This document shows positions 1 through 11,648 of a DNA stretch of 32,616 nucleotides, in pieces. A program made the translations under genes and the position numbers. The notes beneath the pieces are model-generated. The model was not told the origin of the DNA. It was given only the letters and a program-made list of their open reading frames with translations, and did not search any database. Source of the DNA: Octopus bimaculoides (taxonomy: Eukaryota); contig NC_068984.1 of NCBI RefSeq assembly GCF_001194135.2, positions 2,806,587 through 2,839,202 of the forward strand, in the 5' to 3' direction. Each line of letters opens with the position of its first letter. Position 1 is the stretch's first letter.

Positions 1-287
1 TTTCTACAACTAAAACTGCAGGAATATCTAGTAAACAGAGATGACAAAATAGCTCCCAAGATGAGGGGGGGGGGATACGATGCATACCATGAAGCGGTTC
101 TCTCTTCTTGAGGAGTATATTCACCCTCTCTGTCATCTCTTAGTATCACTCTATCCCTCTCTATCCCCTTCTTACCCCGTAAACCAATAAAGCAGCAGCA
201 GCAGCAGCAGCAGCTCCCAGTCAAGTGACAACGTTGTTATTGTTGGCAATCTGTGGTGGTAATAATTCAACGTCTTTAAGAGGAGGA

Positions 288-324
<37 letters not shown>

Positions 325-675
325 GGGAAGGGATTGTAGAATATTTAGAGAGTGAGATGGTTATATACAAGGAAGGAGAGAGAGAGGAAAAGGGAGAGGG
401 AAGAGAAAGGGAGAAGTGAAGGAGATGAAGGGGAGAGAAGTAATAATGGTTTGTTGGAGAGAGAAAAATATTTGTGAGATAATATCGCGCGCGCACACAC
501 ACAGTGATATACCTGCTAGTTACTCACACTGATACACAGATATATTGGTGCATACACATAAACACACCTACCGTTACACACATATCAGCACACTCACACA
601 CATACATAGACATACACACACGGATACACACACCAAACACATACACAAATGTGCCAATGTCCGAGTTTGTAAGTA

Positions 676-741
<66 letters not shown>

Positions 742-791
742 NNNNNNNNNNNNNNNNNNNNNNNNNNNNNNNNNNNNNNNNNNNNNNNNNN

Positions 792-844
<53 letters not shown>

Positions 845-941
845 CGAAAATGAAAGAGTATATAATGTATCTGCAAATTTTATTCGTCGTTGACGTGTGT
901 CTGTGCGCACCATGAATGCAAATATATATGCATATGTATAT

Positions 942-1002
<61 letters not shown>

Positions 1003-1003
1003 G

Positions 1004-1233
1004 TATGACAACAAAAGAATGAATGAGATCTCGATATTATGTAAATAAAGGAATTTTGTCTATAAATATAATATGTGACAATTAGTTGGTTGTCATAATA
1101 AAACTCAGAGTTTCGGATGTCGGGGCTGAAGTCTGCTCCGGCATCTCATTTTGTTTGTGATGAGATGCCGGAGCAGACTTCAGCCCCGGCATCCGAAACT
1201 GAGTTTTATTATGACAACCAACAAATTGTCACA
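1004..1233. mobile_element. Inverted pair of PLE pLTR-like repeats (HHR family A) forming a ~73-bp-arm palindrome
   Basis: 1074-1148 is the near-perfect reverse complement of 1161-1233 with a 12-nt spacer. The minus strand of 1004-1148 aligns by eye with 12471-12608 and 15535-15635 (GAGATG.CGG...CCCCG...GAAACT..GAGTTTTATTATG.CAACC...AATTGTCACATATTAT) and ends against the (AAT)n at 945-1001. Confidence 0.75.
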
Positions 1234-1235
1234 AC

Positions 1236-1333
1236 TGGTTTTGGTGTGTTTACGTCCTCGTAACTTAGCAGTTCGGGAAAGAGACCGGTAGAAGAGTCTG
1301 GTACTTACCAGACTTATATATCCAAGTTGGTAC
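1236..1333 (+). mobile_element. Partial SINE family S1 (3' part)
   Basis: GGTGTGTTTACGTCCTCGTAACTTAGCAGTTCGGGAAAGAGACCG matches 10019-10065 and 7291-7340. Confidence 0.7.
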
Positions 1334-1594
1334 AAAACCAATATATATTCTACAAATTGTTTCAGAGTCTAATTAAATTCAAAGACAAAAACGAAAATCT
1401 CTTCTTGAAATAAAAGTAAAATAAGATTCTTCGTCAGGAATATATATATATATATATTCAAGAATAAGGGCAGAGAATCGTCAATTAATAATAGAATNNN
1501 NNNNNNNNNNNNNNNNNNNNNNNNNNNNNNNNNNNNNNNNNNNATATATACACACACACTTTATTAATACAACTGCAAAAGCATTACAAAAGAC

Positions 1595-1632
1595 CTGCTG
1601 CTCAGAGTTTCACGTTCCCGTTCATCGGACAG
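1595..1632 (-). ncRNA. Degenerate minimal type I hammerhead motif (family B, core CCGAUGA)
   Basis: Minus strand: ctgt CCGATGA acg-ggaa-cgt GAAA ctc-t-gag C A gcag. Stems I, II and III all form. U4 is C and U16.1 is C. Confidence 0.55.
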
Positions 1633-1749
1633 TTGTGGAGCAGTTGTATGTGATGTTTTGGCAGCTTTAATGATAAAGCATATTACTCTATCTCCAGTAT
1701 TCGAGTACTATTTTTACCCACCTTGTTTCACATTTATGAGCTTACTCTG

Positions 1750-1783
<34 letters not shown>

Positions 1784-3026
1784 GCGTGCAGTACGTCACA
1801 AAACGTAAACAACATGAAATACGAAGGCAAACCTGAGTATGCGAACGAGAGAAGCAAATGGAAAAGAAGACAAGTAAAATAAAGAACGACCCTTCATCAA
1901 TTGTCAGTTGTTTATCTACACCACATTTCGAGCAATTCACGACAATATGTGTCTTCGAAAAACAGTTGCTCCCGCGAACCAAAATAAAATTTGGGATTTG
2001 CGGACGGTCAAAACTGGTAATGAAACAAGACGGTGGAAACATACAACATACCAAACGAAAGCAAACATGGAGGGCTGTTAGGCGAGACGAGGTAAGGTAG
2101 CGAACACTGGAATATTCTTTGAAATATGGAAAAGATGGGAGAGGAGACAGGTAACAATGCGTCTGGTCTGTGCGACAGACTGAAGGAAAAGAAAGATGGA
2201 CGATGGTTACGTGTGAGCAACGGGAGAGAGTAAAGGAGGAAGAGGGAGACAAATAGAAAACGGTGATGGGGAGAAAAAAGAATTAGAGAAAGGATTAGAG
2301 AGAAAAAGCAAAAGGGGGGAAAGAATTCCAGAAAGGAAGAGAGAGAAAACGAAAGGGGGAGAGTGAGAAGACTACAGGTTAGAGTCGCATCAAAATTATT
2401 AAGATTAACTTACTTGGAATTGGATATATATATANNNNNNNNNNNNNNNNNNNNNNNNNNNNNNNNNNNNNNNNNNNNNNNNNNNNNNNNNNNNNNNNNN
2501 NNNNNNNNNNNNNNNNNNNNNNNNNNNNNNNNNNNNNNNNNNNNNNNNNNNNNNNNNNNNNNNNNNNNNNNNNNNNNNNNNNNNNNNNNNNNNNNNNNNN
2601 NNNNNNNNNNNNNNNNNNNNNNNNNNNNNNNNNNNNNNNNNNNNNNNNNNNNNNNNNNNNNNNNNNNNNNNNNNNNNNNNNNNNNNNNNNNNNNNNNNNN
2701 NNNNNNNNNNNNNNNNNNNNNNNNNNNNNNNNNNNNNNNNNATATATATATTTATATATATATATATATATATAGATATATATACACGCATACACACACA
2801 TATGTGTGTGTGTGTTTATGTGCACATGTTATCTTATACAGAATTACACGCACACCGCACCGTACATAGATGTATAGAGAGGGAGTGAGGGAGAGACAGA
2901 ATGGTACGATAGGAGGAGGGAGAGCGAGGAAGAGGAGGGAGAGAAGAAAGACCTACAAACAAATTTGATTGGAGATGTCTACTCGATGATTTAATCATGT
3001 TTCTACATCCTGTTGATTTTCAAAAG

Positions 3027-3067
<41 letters not shown>

Positions 3068-3134
3068 TGAATGTAATATATATGTATAGATAAACACAAA
3101 CATACATACATACATACATACATACATACATACA

Positions 3135-3170
<36 letters not shown>

Positions 3171-3733
3171 TATGTGTGTGTGTATGAATGTACGCATCAG
3201 GCTCCTGATATAGTTTTTAAATGTATATAGAATGGTGAGCGTATACGAAAAGGTCATTTTGCATTATAATCATGCACACACCTACACAATATTCTGTATT
3301 ATTTGCTCACTCTTCACATACGCATATAAGTAGAAAGATTATACACTTTCGCACAGTTATTCGAAAATTAAATGCATTCGCAATATATCGCTTCTTGTGC
3401 TGGTGGGTGGACATGTACCTAATGCAAATATTATCGCCATATATACATACAGAGATATGCACGCACACACACACACACATACAGAGAGAGAGAGGGAGAG
3501 AAAGGCTTTTGCATATACATACTCCATTTCTTCTCATATGTTTCTGCACTGACTCATGCATGAGTGGAAACTCATACTTCACCCACTTGCACTCAGCTTA
3601 CACTCACGCCAAGATACACTTTTACACCTACAACAGACCTCCTCTCTGTCTGCTCCCTGTCTCTCTCTTGATTTGTCTCTGTGTTTGTCGTTTCAATAGA
3701 CGAACAAACACACTGCAACATGTTCCTACACAA

Positions 3734-3768
<35 letters not shown>

Positions 3769-3774
3769 TATATC

Positions 3775-3840
<66 letters not shown>

Positions 3841-3963
3841 AGTTAATGTCAGGATGTATTAACCTCTTAATGGGATGTATACCACCAAGAGTACACTGAT
3901 TTTATACCTTATTGGGAAAACATGTCTTTAAAATAGATAGGTATATATTTAGCATATAACCTA

Positions 3964-4382
3964 TATTCAATTAAGCGAAGAAAATGGAGAGTTAATAGTT
4001 AATAATTAATTTATTTACATATTGATATAATCATTCCTACAATTGTTTCAATTAATACTCAATAAATTACAAAGTTATATAATAAATTTGCATTTATAAG
4101 CTGTGAGCAAAATATCATCAGGGAAATATTAGATATTAAAGATTTACATGGTGAACAATTTGTTCTTTGTGTTGGAGAGAACAAATTGTCCACCATATAA
4201 TTCTTTAATGTCTAATATTTCTCTGGTGATATTTTGCTCAAAACTTTTTTATGCAAATTTATTACATAAATTTGTAAATTATTTATTGAGTATAAACTGA
4301 ATCAATTGTCAGAATGATAATCAATATGTTAATTAATTAATTATTGGCCATTAACTCTCTATTTCCTTCCTTTAATTGTATA
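3964..4382. mobile_element. Foldback/MITE-like imperfect palindrome, ~200-bp arms
   Basis: 3964-4165 is the imperfect reverse complement of 4178-4382 (e.g. GAGCAAAATATCATCAGGGAAATATTAGATATTAAAG vs CTTTAATGTCTAATATTTCTCTGGTGATATTTTGCTC). TA at both ends, no coding capacity. Confidence 0.75.
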
Positions 4383-4536
4383 CACACATACACACACACA
4401 TATTAGTTTCATCTTACGAAAGTACACATACACGCACACATATTAGTTTCATCTTACGAAAGTACACACATACACACACATATTAGTTTCATCTTACGAA
4501 AATACACACATACATACATTAGTTTCATGTTACGAA
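4381..4536. repeat. 40-bp minisatellite, about 4 copies
   Basis: TATTAGTTTCATCTTACGAAA recurs at 4401, 4441, 4481 and (degenerate) ~4517, separated by CA-rich spacers. Confidence 0.9.
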
Positions 4537-4680
4537 AATATCGTAATATCTTAGCAAGTTTTCAGGCTGATTACATGGTGGAATGGATTTCGTTTCCATT
4601 TGGGATTAAAACACGAATTCACAATAAAGTCTCGCGAAACTTTTTGGTAAACAAAACAAGAAACTTTGTATGACTTATCT

Positions 4681-4750
4681 GGCCGAAACTTCGAAGTCAC
4701 TGTCAATAATATTTTTGTTTAAGAATAATAAATTTGTACTCTACAAAAGT
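4681..4750 (+). repeat. Dispersed repeat, 3' half of HHR family D
   Basis: GGCCGAAACTTCGAAGTCACTGTCAATAATATT...AATAATAAATTTGTACT.TACAAAAGTATA matches 30922-30988. Confidence 0.7.
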
Positions 4751-5007
4751 ATAAAGCAATCCATCAGATTGAAGTAAAACTGTTTTATTATAATTGAAGA
4801 TAAAAACAAACGTTAATATGTATGTATGTCTCTTCTATTTCTTAATTGTTATAAATTTTCCACTGAGAGAGACGGTTTCCAACAAAGATGTATGTATGTA
4901 TGTATGTATGTATGTATGTATGTATGTATGTGTGTGTATGTGTGTATGTATGTATGTATGTATGTATGTGTATGTATGTATGTAAGTATGTATGTTTTAC
5001 ATCAGTG

Positions 5008-5167
5008 TGTCCTCTCAGTCTTTGCTCAGTCAAAGGCTAACTACAAGAAAGCAATCTGTCTAGGATCGACATCTGCAATCTATCTAGGAGAAGGTAACTC
5101 TGAATTCGAACGCCTCCCAGCCATCTTGTCGTTAGCCTTTGATTGGGCGAACAGTGGGAGAAGGGCA
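5008..5167. mobile_element. Short MITE-like element with imperfect terminal inverted repeats
   Basis: CAAAGGCTAACTACAAGA (5031-5048) vs TCTTGTCGTTAGCCTTTG (5124-5141), 17/18 complementary. Looser pairing extends to 5008 and 5167. Confidence 0.55.
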
Positions 5168-6412
5168 TTCTTATATAAAACTTGCGACCGAAAACGCACC
5201 CAATGCTGTCCGTAACTCACTTTAGATCTTGATGAAAAGAAAAATCAGTAAAATATTTCTAAGTTGTTCTCATTAACCTCTCTCAACGGAAAGTTAACCT
5301 TCTGCTTAATGAATAAACCATTACTTCAGTCCGTCTTCTGTTTGATTTCAATGTCCTTTGGTTTCGCTGTTATTGGTTCTGTGTAAGAAATGATCAACCT
5401 TAAAATCTAATTTTCTTCTCGTTTACCCTTGTTTCTACATTTGAAATAATAATTATAACGTTAAGCCCCACTTTCTTTGTCGTCAGTAATTGCTTTCCAC
5501 ATCACCAGCTAACAATGTCGGTCTGCTAGAAATGGCAGTTAAATCGCTCGGAAATCAAACCTTTATCATTTTCAGCACGTAAGATTGAAGTAACAGCAAA
5601 AACGGCAATAACAATCACCGCAACGCTACAGTTTCCATCCCAGAGTACAGTCATCTCCATTATAAAGCCACAATCAATCTTCACTTTGCTCTTCAATTTT
5701 CATACTCTCACCAACCCACCAAATACCCCTGATACTCTTTTATAATTCCACAACTTGCTCTTTCTCTGCAAATTATTTTACTCATTCGAAATATAATTCT
5801 TCCTATTTATATCGCAATTACTCAACGGGGAAAACCATGAACGCCATAACTTCTTATTTTCTTTTTTTAAATATTTATACTTTGCAATTAATTGAAATAA
5901 GTAACTTCCTGAAAATTTTAACCGCCAATTTCTTCGGGAAAGGGCTTCAAGATAACTGCTTCCGAAGTATCTATCTACCCAAAATACGGATTAACTTTTG
6001 CCAACATCACCACTAGTTTCCTTAGATTCCCGATCTTACTAATATATATATATATATATAAGCTTTGTGCCTGCTTAGTCAAAATAAATAAATAAAATAA
6101 ATAAATCGATATTTCATCTTTTTTCATCGCACCAAACCCAATTCCGATATATCCCTCCCCTCGTCTTTCACTCTAAAAAAAATTCCCTTACACGCTGCAT
6201 CTATGCTCGACCACCGACACAATAGCTATGNNNNNNNNNNNNNNNNNNNNNNNNNNNNNNNNNNNNNNNNNNNNNNNNNNNNNNNNNNNNNNNNNNNNNN
6301 NNNNNNNNNNNNNNNNNNNNNNNNNNNNNNNNNNNNNNNNNNNNNNNNNNNNNNNNNNNNNNNNNNNNNNNNNNNNNNNNNNNNNNNNNNNNNNNNNNNN
6401 NNNNNNNNNNNN

Positions 6413-6446
<34 letters not shown>

Positions 6447-6884
6447 TGTATGTATGTTTTTCGTTATTCTGACTGTATGTCTCGGCAAGACTAAAAAAAA
6501 TATTTCCTATTCATCGTCGTTCTCTCAATTTTATAATTATATCATATTAATTATCGTAATTAATTATTGCTAAATTAATCAGGAACGCCACACTTCCAAT
6601 GCTAGCTAGTTGTGACAATGACTAGGCTTCGATTTTTACTAGTAGCCTCCTGTCATTTCATTTACTGAACTAACACCCTGACAAAAAAAAAANNNNNNNN
6701 NNAAAAAAAAAAAAAAAATCTTGGGCCACAAATTCTTCCATCAAACATTCCTTTAAATTAGTGTTCGCGACAGGGGCCCATATGACCCTTAAAAGGTCCA
6801 TATGAGAATTTATTGTTAAAGTTTATGAGCGATAAACTGGTTATGATTTTACTATACACGAAATATCGTTTGAAATTTTTCATA

Positions 6885-7059
6885 GGCGCAGGAGTGGCTG
6901 TGTGGTAAGTAGCTTACTTACCAACCACATGGTTCCGGGTTCAGTCCCAATGCGTGACACCTTGGGCAAGTGATTTCTACTATAGCCTCGGGCCGACCAA
7001 GGCCTTGTGAGTGGATCTGGTAGACGGAAACTGAAAGAAGCCTGTCGTATATGTAAGTG

Positions 7060-7098
<39 letters not shown>

Positions 7099-7191
7099 CT
7101 GTGTATATGTTTGTGTGTCTGTGTTTGTCCCTCTCCCAANNNNNNNNNNNNNNNNNNNNNNNNNNNNNNNNNNNNNNNNNNNNNNNNNGTG

Positions 7192-7230
<39 letters not shown>

Positions 7231-7462
7231 CTGTGTATATGTTTGTGTGTCTGTGTTTGTCCCTCTCCCAACATCGCTTGACATCCGATGTTGGTGTGCT
7301 TACGTCCCAGTAAAGTAGCGATTCGGCAAAAAGAGGCCGGTAGAATAAGTACTAGGCTTACAAAGAATAAGTCCTGGGGTCGATTTCCTCGACTAAAAAA
7401 AAGATGGTGCTCCAGCATGGCCGCAGTCAAATGACTGAAACAAGTAAAAGAATAAAAGAATA
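6885..7462 (+). mobile_element. Full-length tRNA-derived SINE family S1 (CORE-like segment, internal TA/TG microsatellite)
   Basis: A box TGGCTGTGTGG, B box GGTTCAGTCCC, ACCTTGGGCAAGT segment resembling the CORE domain, 3' tail GAAACAAGTAAAAGAATAAAAGAATA. Several other copies in the window. Confidence 0.9.
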
Positions 7463-8275
7463 CAGTTCCTAAAAATATGTGATTATAAAAATATAAAAGG
7501 GATTTTTGAAACATGGAATGGCTATGAGGGTCCCCCAAGTAGGAAGCAGAAAGGATCCAAAGGCAGATCTTACTACTCAAAACAGACCATTTACAGCCAG
7601 TTCTGTGTTCTGCTAATCAGAGCACCACCACCGAATATTCCCCACCCCACTAAGAACCTTAATGGTGGCATTATCGCAATCCTTTCTTGTCCTCTTTCCT
7701 TGTGTCTGTCAGTTAAATCTATTCTAAAAGATTAGAATCGATAATAAAGCTGTATTTACCAAGCTGTTCATAAATCCCACTCAAATGACAATACGCGTCA
7801 ACTTTCAATTCTTCCGTTTTTGATGCTGTTTAGCTCAAAGGGAACCTTGATCGAGCAAACCTATGGTTAAAGGACTCCCACCATTTTCTCTTCTCCTCAG
7901 ATATTGAACATCATGTATCACATTATCCAATGTGTCCTTCCCGAAGACGGTATAGTTTGGTTGTTAGTTCTAGCAAGTCTAGATATCAGTTAGAGACTTT
8001 CCTTTCGGTTCGTCCGTCTGAGGCCTGTAAAAATAACCATCGGCAAGCGACATAAAGAAGTCAGCATTGTAGTGGAATTGGTAAACCAAAAATCAATAAA
8101 CCAATTCCAATCTGGATTATAGCTATTTCATTTACGCAACAGATGCTTTTGGGAAAAAAAAGTAACCCCCCTCACATGAACAGACATCCTTAAATATCCT
8201 CCATTGATGGCTAACTCTGATCAATTAAAGTAAAATTACTCATCATCATCATCATCATCATTGTCGTCGTCGTCG

Positions 8276-8306
<31 letters not shown>

Positions 8307-8310
8307 TCTG

Positions 8311-8422
8311 CACGCTGGCACAATCGTTAGCACGCCGGGAAAAATGCTGCGCGGTATTTCGCCTGTCTTAACATTCACACTCTGAGTTCAAATTCCGTCG
8401 AGGTCAATTTTTCCTTTCATCT
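8311..8422 (+). mobile_element. SINE family S2, 5' half
   Basis: TGGCACAATCGTTAGCACGCCGGG (A-box region) and GAGTTCAAATTCC (B box). Reverse complement of the copies at 8427, 21968 and 29635. Confidence 0.8.
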
Positions 8423-8426
8423 GAAG

Positions 8427-8626
8427 GAACAAGGTCTAAAATTATAGGGGAGGGGGTAAGTCGATAGAATCGACCCCAGTACATGACTGGCACTTATTTT
8501 ATCGATACCAAAAGGACGAAAACCAAAGTCAGCCCCGGCAGAATTTGAACTCCGAACGTAAAGACGTACGAAATGCTGCTAAGCTTTTCGTCCGGAGAGC
8601 TAACGACTCTGTCAACCCTCCGCCCT
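8427..8626 (-). mobile_element. SINE family S2, full copy
   Basis: Aligns with 21968-22184 (GTCGAT..GATCGACCCCAGT...GGAATTTGAACTC.GAACGTA...GCTAAC). Confidence 0.85.
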
Positions 8627-8992
8627 CAGTTATGTAATATCAATAGCAATAAGCTAACGCATAAATGTCTGACGAAACACTCTTTCACAGAGTCTAACTC
8701 AGCACACACCCAGGATAATTATCAAAACACAATAACATAATTCATCTACAACAAATAACAACAATTTTCAAACCAAATATATGATCTGGTTCAATCCCCC
8801 GTTCACTGTTAATCACTAACACTTCGTCCACAAAATCAATAAAACTCATAAATCATTTAACAGAATCAATTTAAAAGCCGTCTACTCTACAACCGTTGAC
8901 ATGGGGAAAAATCATTATGTTACATAACAGTAACAATAACAAACGACCAGTAAAAAAAAACAACAGAAAATAGCACTTACTAAGAGATTGGT

Positions 8993-9290
8993 GGAGGCAC
9001 ATGGCGTAGTGGTTAGAGCAGCGGACTCGCGGTCGGGGGATCGCGGGTTCGAATCTCAGACCGGGCGATGTCTGAAGGTAATGCCTCAGACATTGCTCCG
9101 GCAGAAGGTAGTCCCGAACTTCTACTGACTCATTTTCCAGAACTTTCCCTCACTCTTTCCTCCTGCATCTAGCATCTCATCTGTGACGGACCGACGTCCC
9201 GTCCAGGTGGGGTAACCTATACACAATTGAAACCGAGAAACCGGCACTTATAAGCCAAGCATGGCTCGAGAAGGGACAAACAACAACAAA
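8993..9290 (+). mobile_element. tRNA-derived SINE with Meta-domain-like 3' part and (AAC)n tail
   Basis: Head TGGCGTAGTGGTTAGAGC...GGGTTCGAATCTC. GACGGACCGACGTCCCGTCCAGGTGGGG...GAAACCGAGAAACCGG resembles the MetaSINE domain as I recall it. Ends AACAACAAC. Confidence 0.75.
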
Positions 9291-9335
9291 AGATTTAGTT
9301 GCGTCTTCTTCCCCATCAGTTCTTGGGTGATGATA

Positions 9336-9451
9336 TCACATGGCAGGTTATGCCGTTATTACATTCGCAAAGACACTCCGCAATCACTGTATCTGGCAAT
9401 GACAAGAAATTCATTTAAAGGTAGATTCCATCAACATATGAAACATTTTAG
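9336..9451 (+). pseudogene. PLE GIY-YIG endonuclease fragment
   Basis: ORF-track frame 9261 contains LYLAMTRNSFKGRFHQHMKHF, matching the PLE pattern YIG.T.N.FK.R..QH..SF (compare 26091). Similarity stops where the S3 SINE begins. Confidence 0.55.
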
Positions 9452-9765
9452 TGACACTCCGTGGGTTATGACGACGAGGGCTCCATTTGGTGCGATCAGT
9501 GGAACGGCTTGTTTGTGAAACTAACATGAAAGTGGCTGAGAACTCCACAGGCACGCATACCCTTAACGTAGTTCTCAGGGAGATTCAGTGTGACACAGAA
9601 TGTGACAAGGCTGTCCCCTTTGAAATTAAAGGTACAAATAAATTTTGCCTGATTTTTGGAGTGGCTCAACGTGAAATAAAGTGTCGTGCTCAAGGACAGA
9701 GTGCGGCGCCGGGAAACGAACTCACGACTGTAAGCCGGATATTCTAACCACTAAGCCACGCGGCT
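9452..9765 (-). mobile_element. tRNA-derived SINE family S3
   Basis: Reverse complement aligns along its length with 25001-25309. Minus-strand head TGGCTTAGTGGTTAG...GAGTTCGTTTCCC. Confidence 0.8.
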
Positions 9766-9804
9766 TCATGAAAACTTTTCAAGCAACATTAAGAAATTCC
9801 ATAT

Positions 9805-10174
9805 GCGCATGCGTGGCAGTGTGATAAGAAGCCTGCTTCCTAACCACATGGTTCCGGGTTCAGTCCCACTGCGTGGCACCTTGCGCAAATGTCTCCTACT
9901 ACTGCCCCGTGTTTCCTACTATAGCCTTGTGAGTGGATTTGGTAGATGGAAACTGAAAGAAGCCCCGTCATATATATATATATATATATANNNNNNNNNN
10001 GCTTGATAACCGATGTTAGTGTGTTTACGTCCCTGTAACTTAGCGGTTCGGCAAAAGAGACCGATAGAATAAGTACTAGGTTTACAAAGAATAAGTCCTG
10101 GGGTCGATTTGTTCGACTACAGGCGTTACTCCAGCATGGCCGCAGTCAAATGACTGAAACAAGAATAAAAGAAT
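9805..10174 (+). mobile_element. SINE family S1
   Basis: AACCACATGGTTCCGGGTTCAGTCCCACTGCGTGGCACC through GACTGAAACAAGAATAAAAGAATA matches 6885-7462. Confidence 0.9.
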
Positions 10175-11059
10175 AACAGTCTCGAACGAAAATATTAGTC
10201 TTCGAGATTTGTAGGAAGGAGAGTTGGGGTGGGGGCTAGGGGAAGTAATCATCAGTCTCGACTCCTGTCTCAAATGCCTACCCCCCACCCCACGAAAGGC
10301 TTTTAATGTCCGGCTGGTGGTTGCTTTAATCCGGGAGATGGATGAAGTCCACCCAACTTCAAAACAACGTTAGTGAAGTAAATCAAATGAAATAAACACG
10401 AGCTGACAGTTTCTTTTCCTTCTGCAATTTATGTCTCTCCCCACCGCCATACTGTTCTTCTATGGATGCTGTTATTGTTTAAATCATTTCCAAGGAATTT
10501 CGTAGATTCAACTCCAATCCTTTTCCATTCCTTGTTTTATGTTTCTTAAGTTTCCATTTAAAATTGAATTTTCTGGCCAGGCCACTTATTCAAATTTCCC
10601 ATTTTTCTCTGATGAAAATGTCATAAAATGAATAAATGAATTAATAAAACTTGATTAATTAAATTGCTGATATTCTAAACCATTATTTTCACAATTTCCA
10701 AACTACAGAGTGTTAATCTATTTTGTGTATTATTCAAGACAATTACCATTCTGTGTCATTATTCTCTTTAAAACTGTAAAAAATTGTTTTAATGAAATAT
10801 CAATATCTGTTGTGAGGCTAACCTGTATTTAAGAATTATCAATGTTCTCTTGATACTTTCATAATTGTCGATGTATCGTGCTGTTAGCAGTATAATGTTA
10901 GGATCACGACTGCTAATATTTCTCCCGATTGCCAGCGTTTAGGTTTTACAACAGAAACGTCTGGGCTTTTATCACAACTGTTTCTTTTTGTTGTAATAAC
11001 CAATAGCTAAAAACTTGATAAGATTTTAATGTATGTTATAGCAAGCTTTCAAGCTATTA

Positions 11060-11345
11060 TTACTAGTGGTTAGTGATTAGGGTGTTGCACTCAAGATCGC
11101 TAGATCCTGAGTTCGATTCCCAGAGAAGGCGATGTGTTTTGTTCTTGAGCAAAACCATTCATTTCACCCTTCTCCAGTCTACTCAACAGTAAATGGGCCA
11201 CCCTATGACGGACCACCCTTTCGATCGGCGCGAATGTTGGCCTACTCGCGAAGCCAACGGGGTGGCTTCTATCGAAAGCTAACACGATGCGAAGCGCATT
11301 GGGTCTAGCGATGTAAAAGCAACATCCAATAGTCTGGTCGACAAC
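11060..11345 (+). mobile_element. Degenerate tRNA-derived SINE (S3-like head, different 3' part)
   Basis: TAGTGGTTAG...GAGTTCGATTCCC, then GTTCTTGAGCAAAACCATT, resembling GTCCTTGAGCAAGACACTT at 25067. Confidence 0.6.
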
Positions 11346-11494
11346 GTGCTCACGTGGTTTATACATATAGATACATGTATATATGTATATGTATATGTAT
11401 GTGCGTACGTGTGTGTGTACGTCTCTGTGTGTTTATAAGCCATTTAAAAAGACACAAAACCGTTAGATTCACTTCAACATTTAAATCTCATTTG

Positions 11495-11541
11495 TGTCAA
11501 AATATTTTCGTCGCTTTGAGACCGCGACCTGTTCGCGGACA
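11495..11541 (-). ncRNA. Hammerhead-like motif with G3:C8 swapped core (family C)
   Basis: Minus strand: tgtcc GCGAACA g gtcgc-ggtctcaaa-gcgac GAAA atat T T tgaca. Perfect 5-bp stem II, palindromic stem III AATATT, 4-bp stem I. Confidence 0.5.
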
Positions 11542-11543
11542 AA

Positions 11544-11648
11544 ATGCTCAGATGCAGCACTTTCCGCTGCGGTCTTTGTGATATGGAAAAATGGCTCATC
11601 TGGAAAGGGAGCTTAGACCCCCGCCACATGTCTAAATTCAAGAACTGA
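11544..11648 (+). pseudogene. PLE ORF C-terminal remnant (Cys motif downstream of GIY-YIG)
   Basis: Manual translation MLRCSTFRCGLCDMEKWLIWKGSLDPRHMSKFKN* fits the PLE tail C....C.LC..EK..I...RH..KF with an internal deletion. Confidence 0.6.

Noticed and set aside
1-112. Open frame FLQLKLQEYLVNRDDKIAPKMRGGGYDAYHEAVLSS* at the window start
   Set aside because: Too short, no recognisable homology, and the upstream context is outside the window.
4381-4536. Repeat-spacer pattern resembling a CRISPR array
   Set aside because: The spacers are near-identical CA repeats, the context is eukaryotic and there are no cas genes.
7060-7270. Apparent tandem duplication inside the S1 SINE
   Set aside because: The near-identical blocks flank an N gap, most likely overlapping contig ends (assembly artefact).
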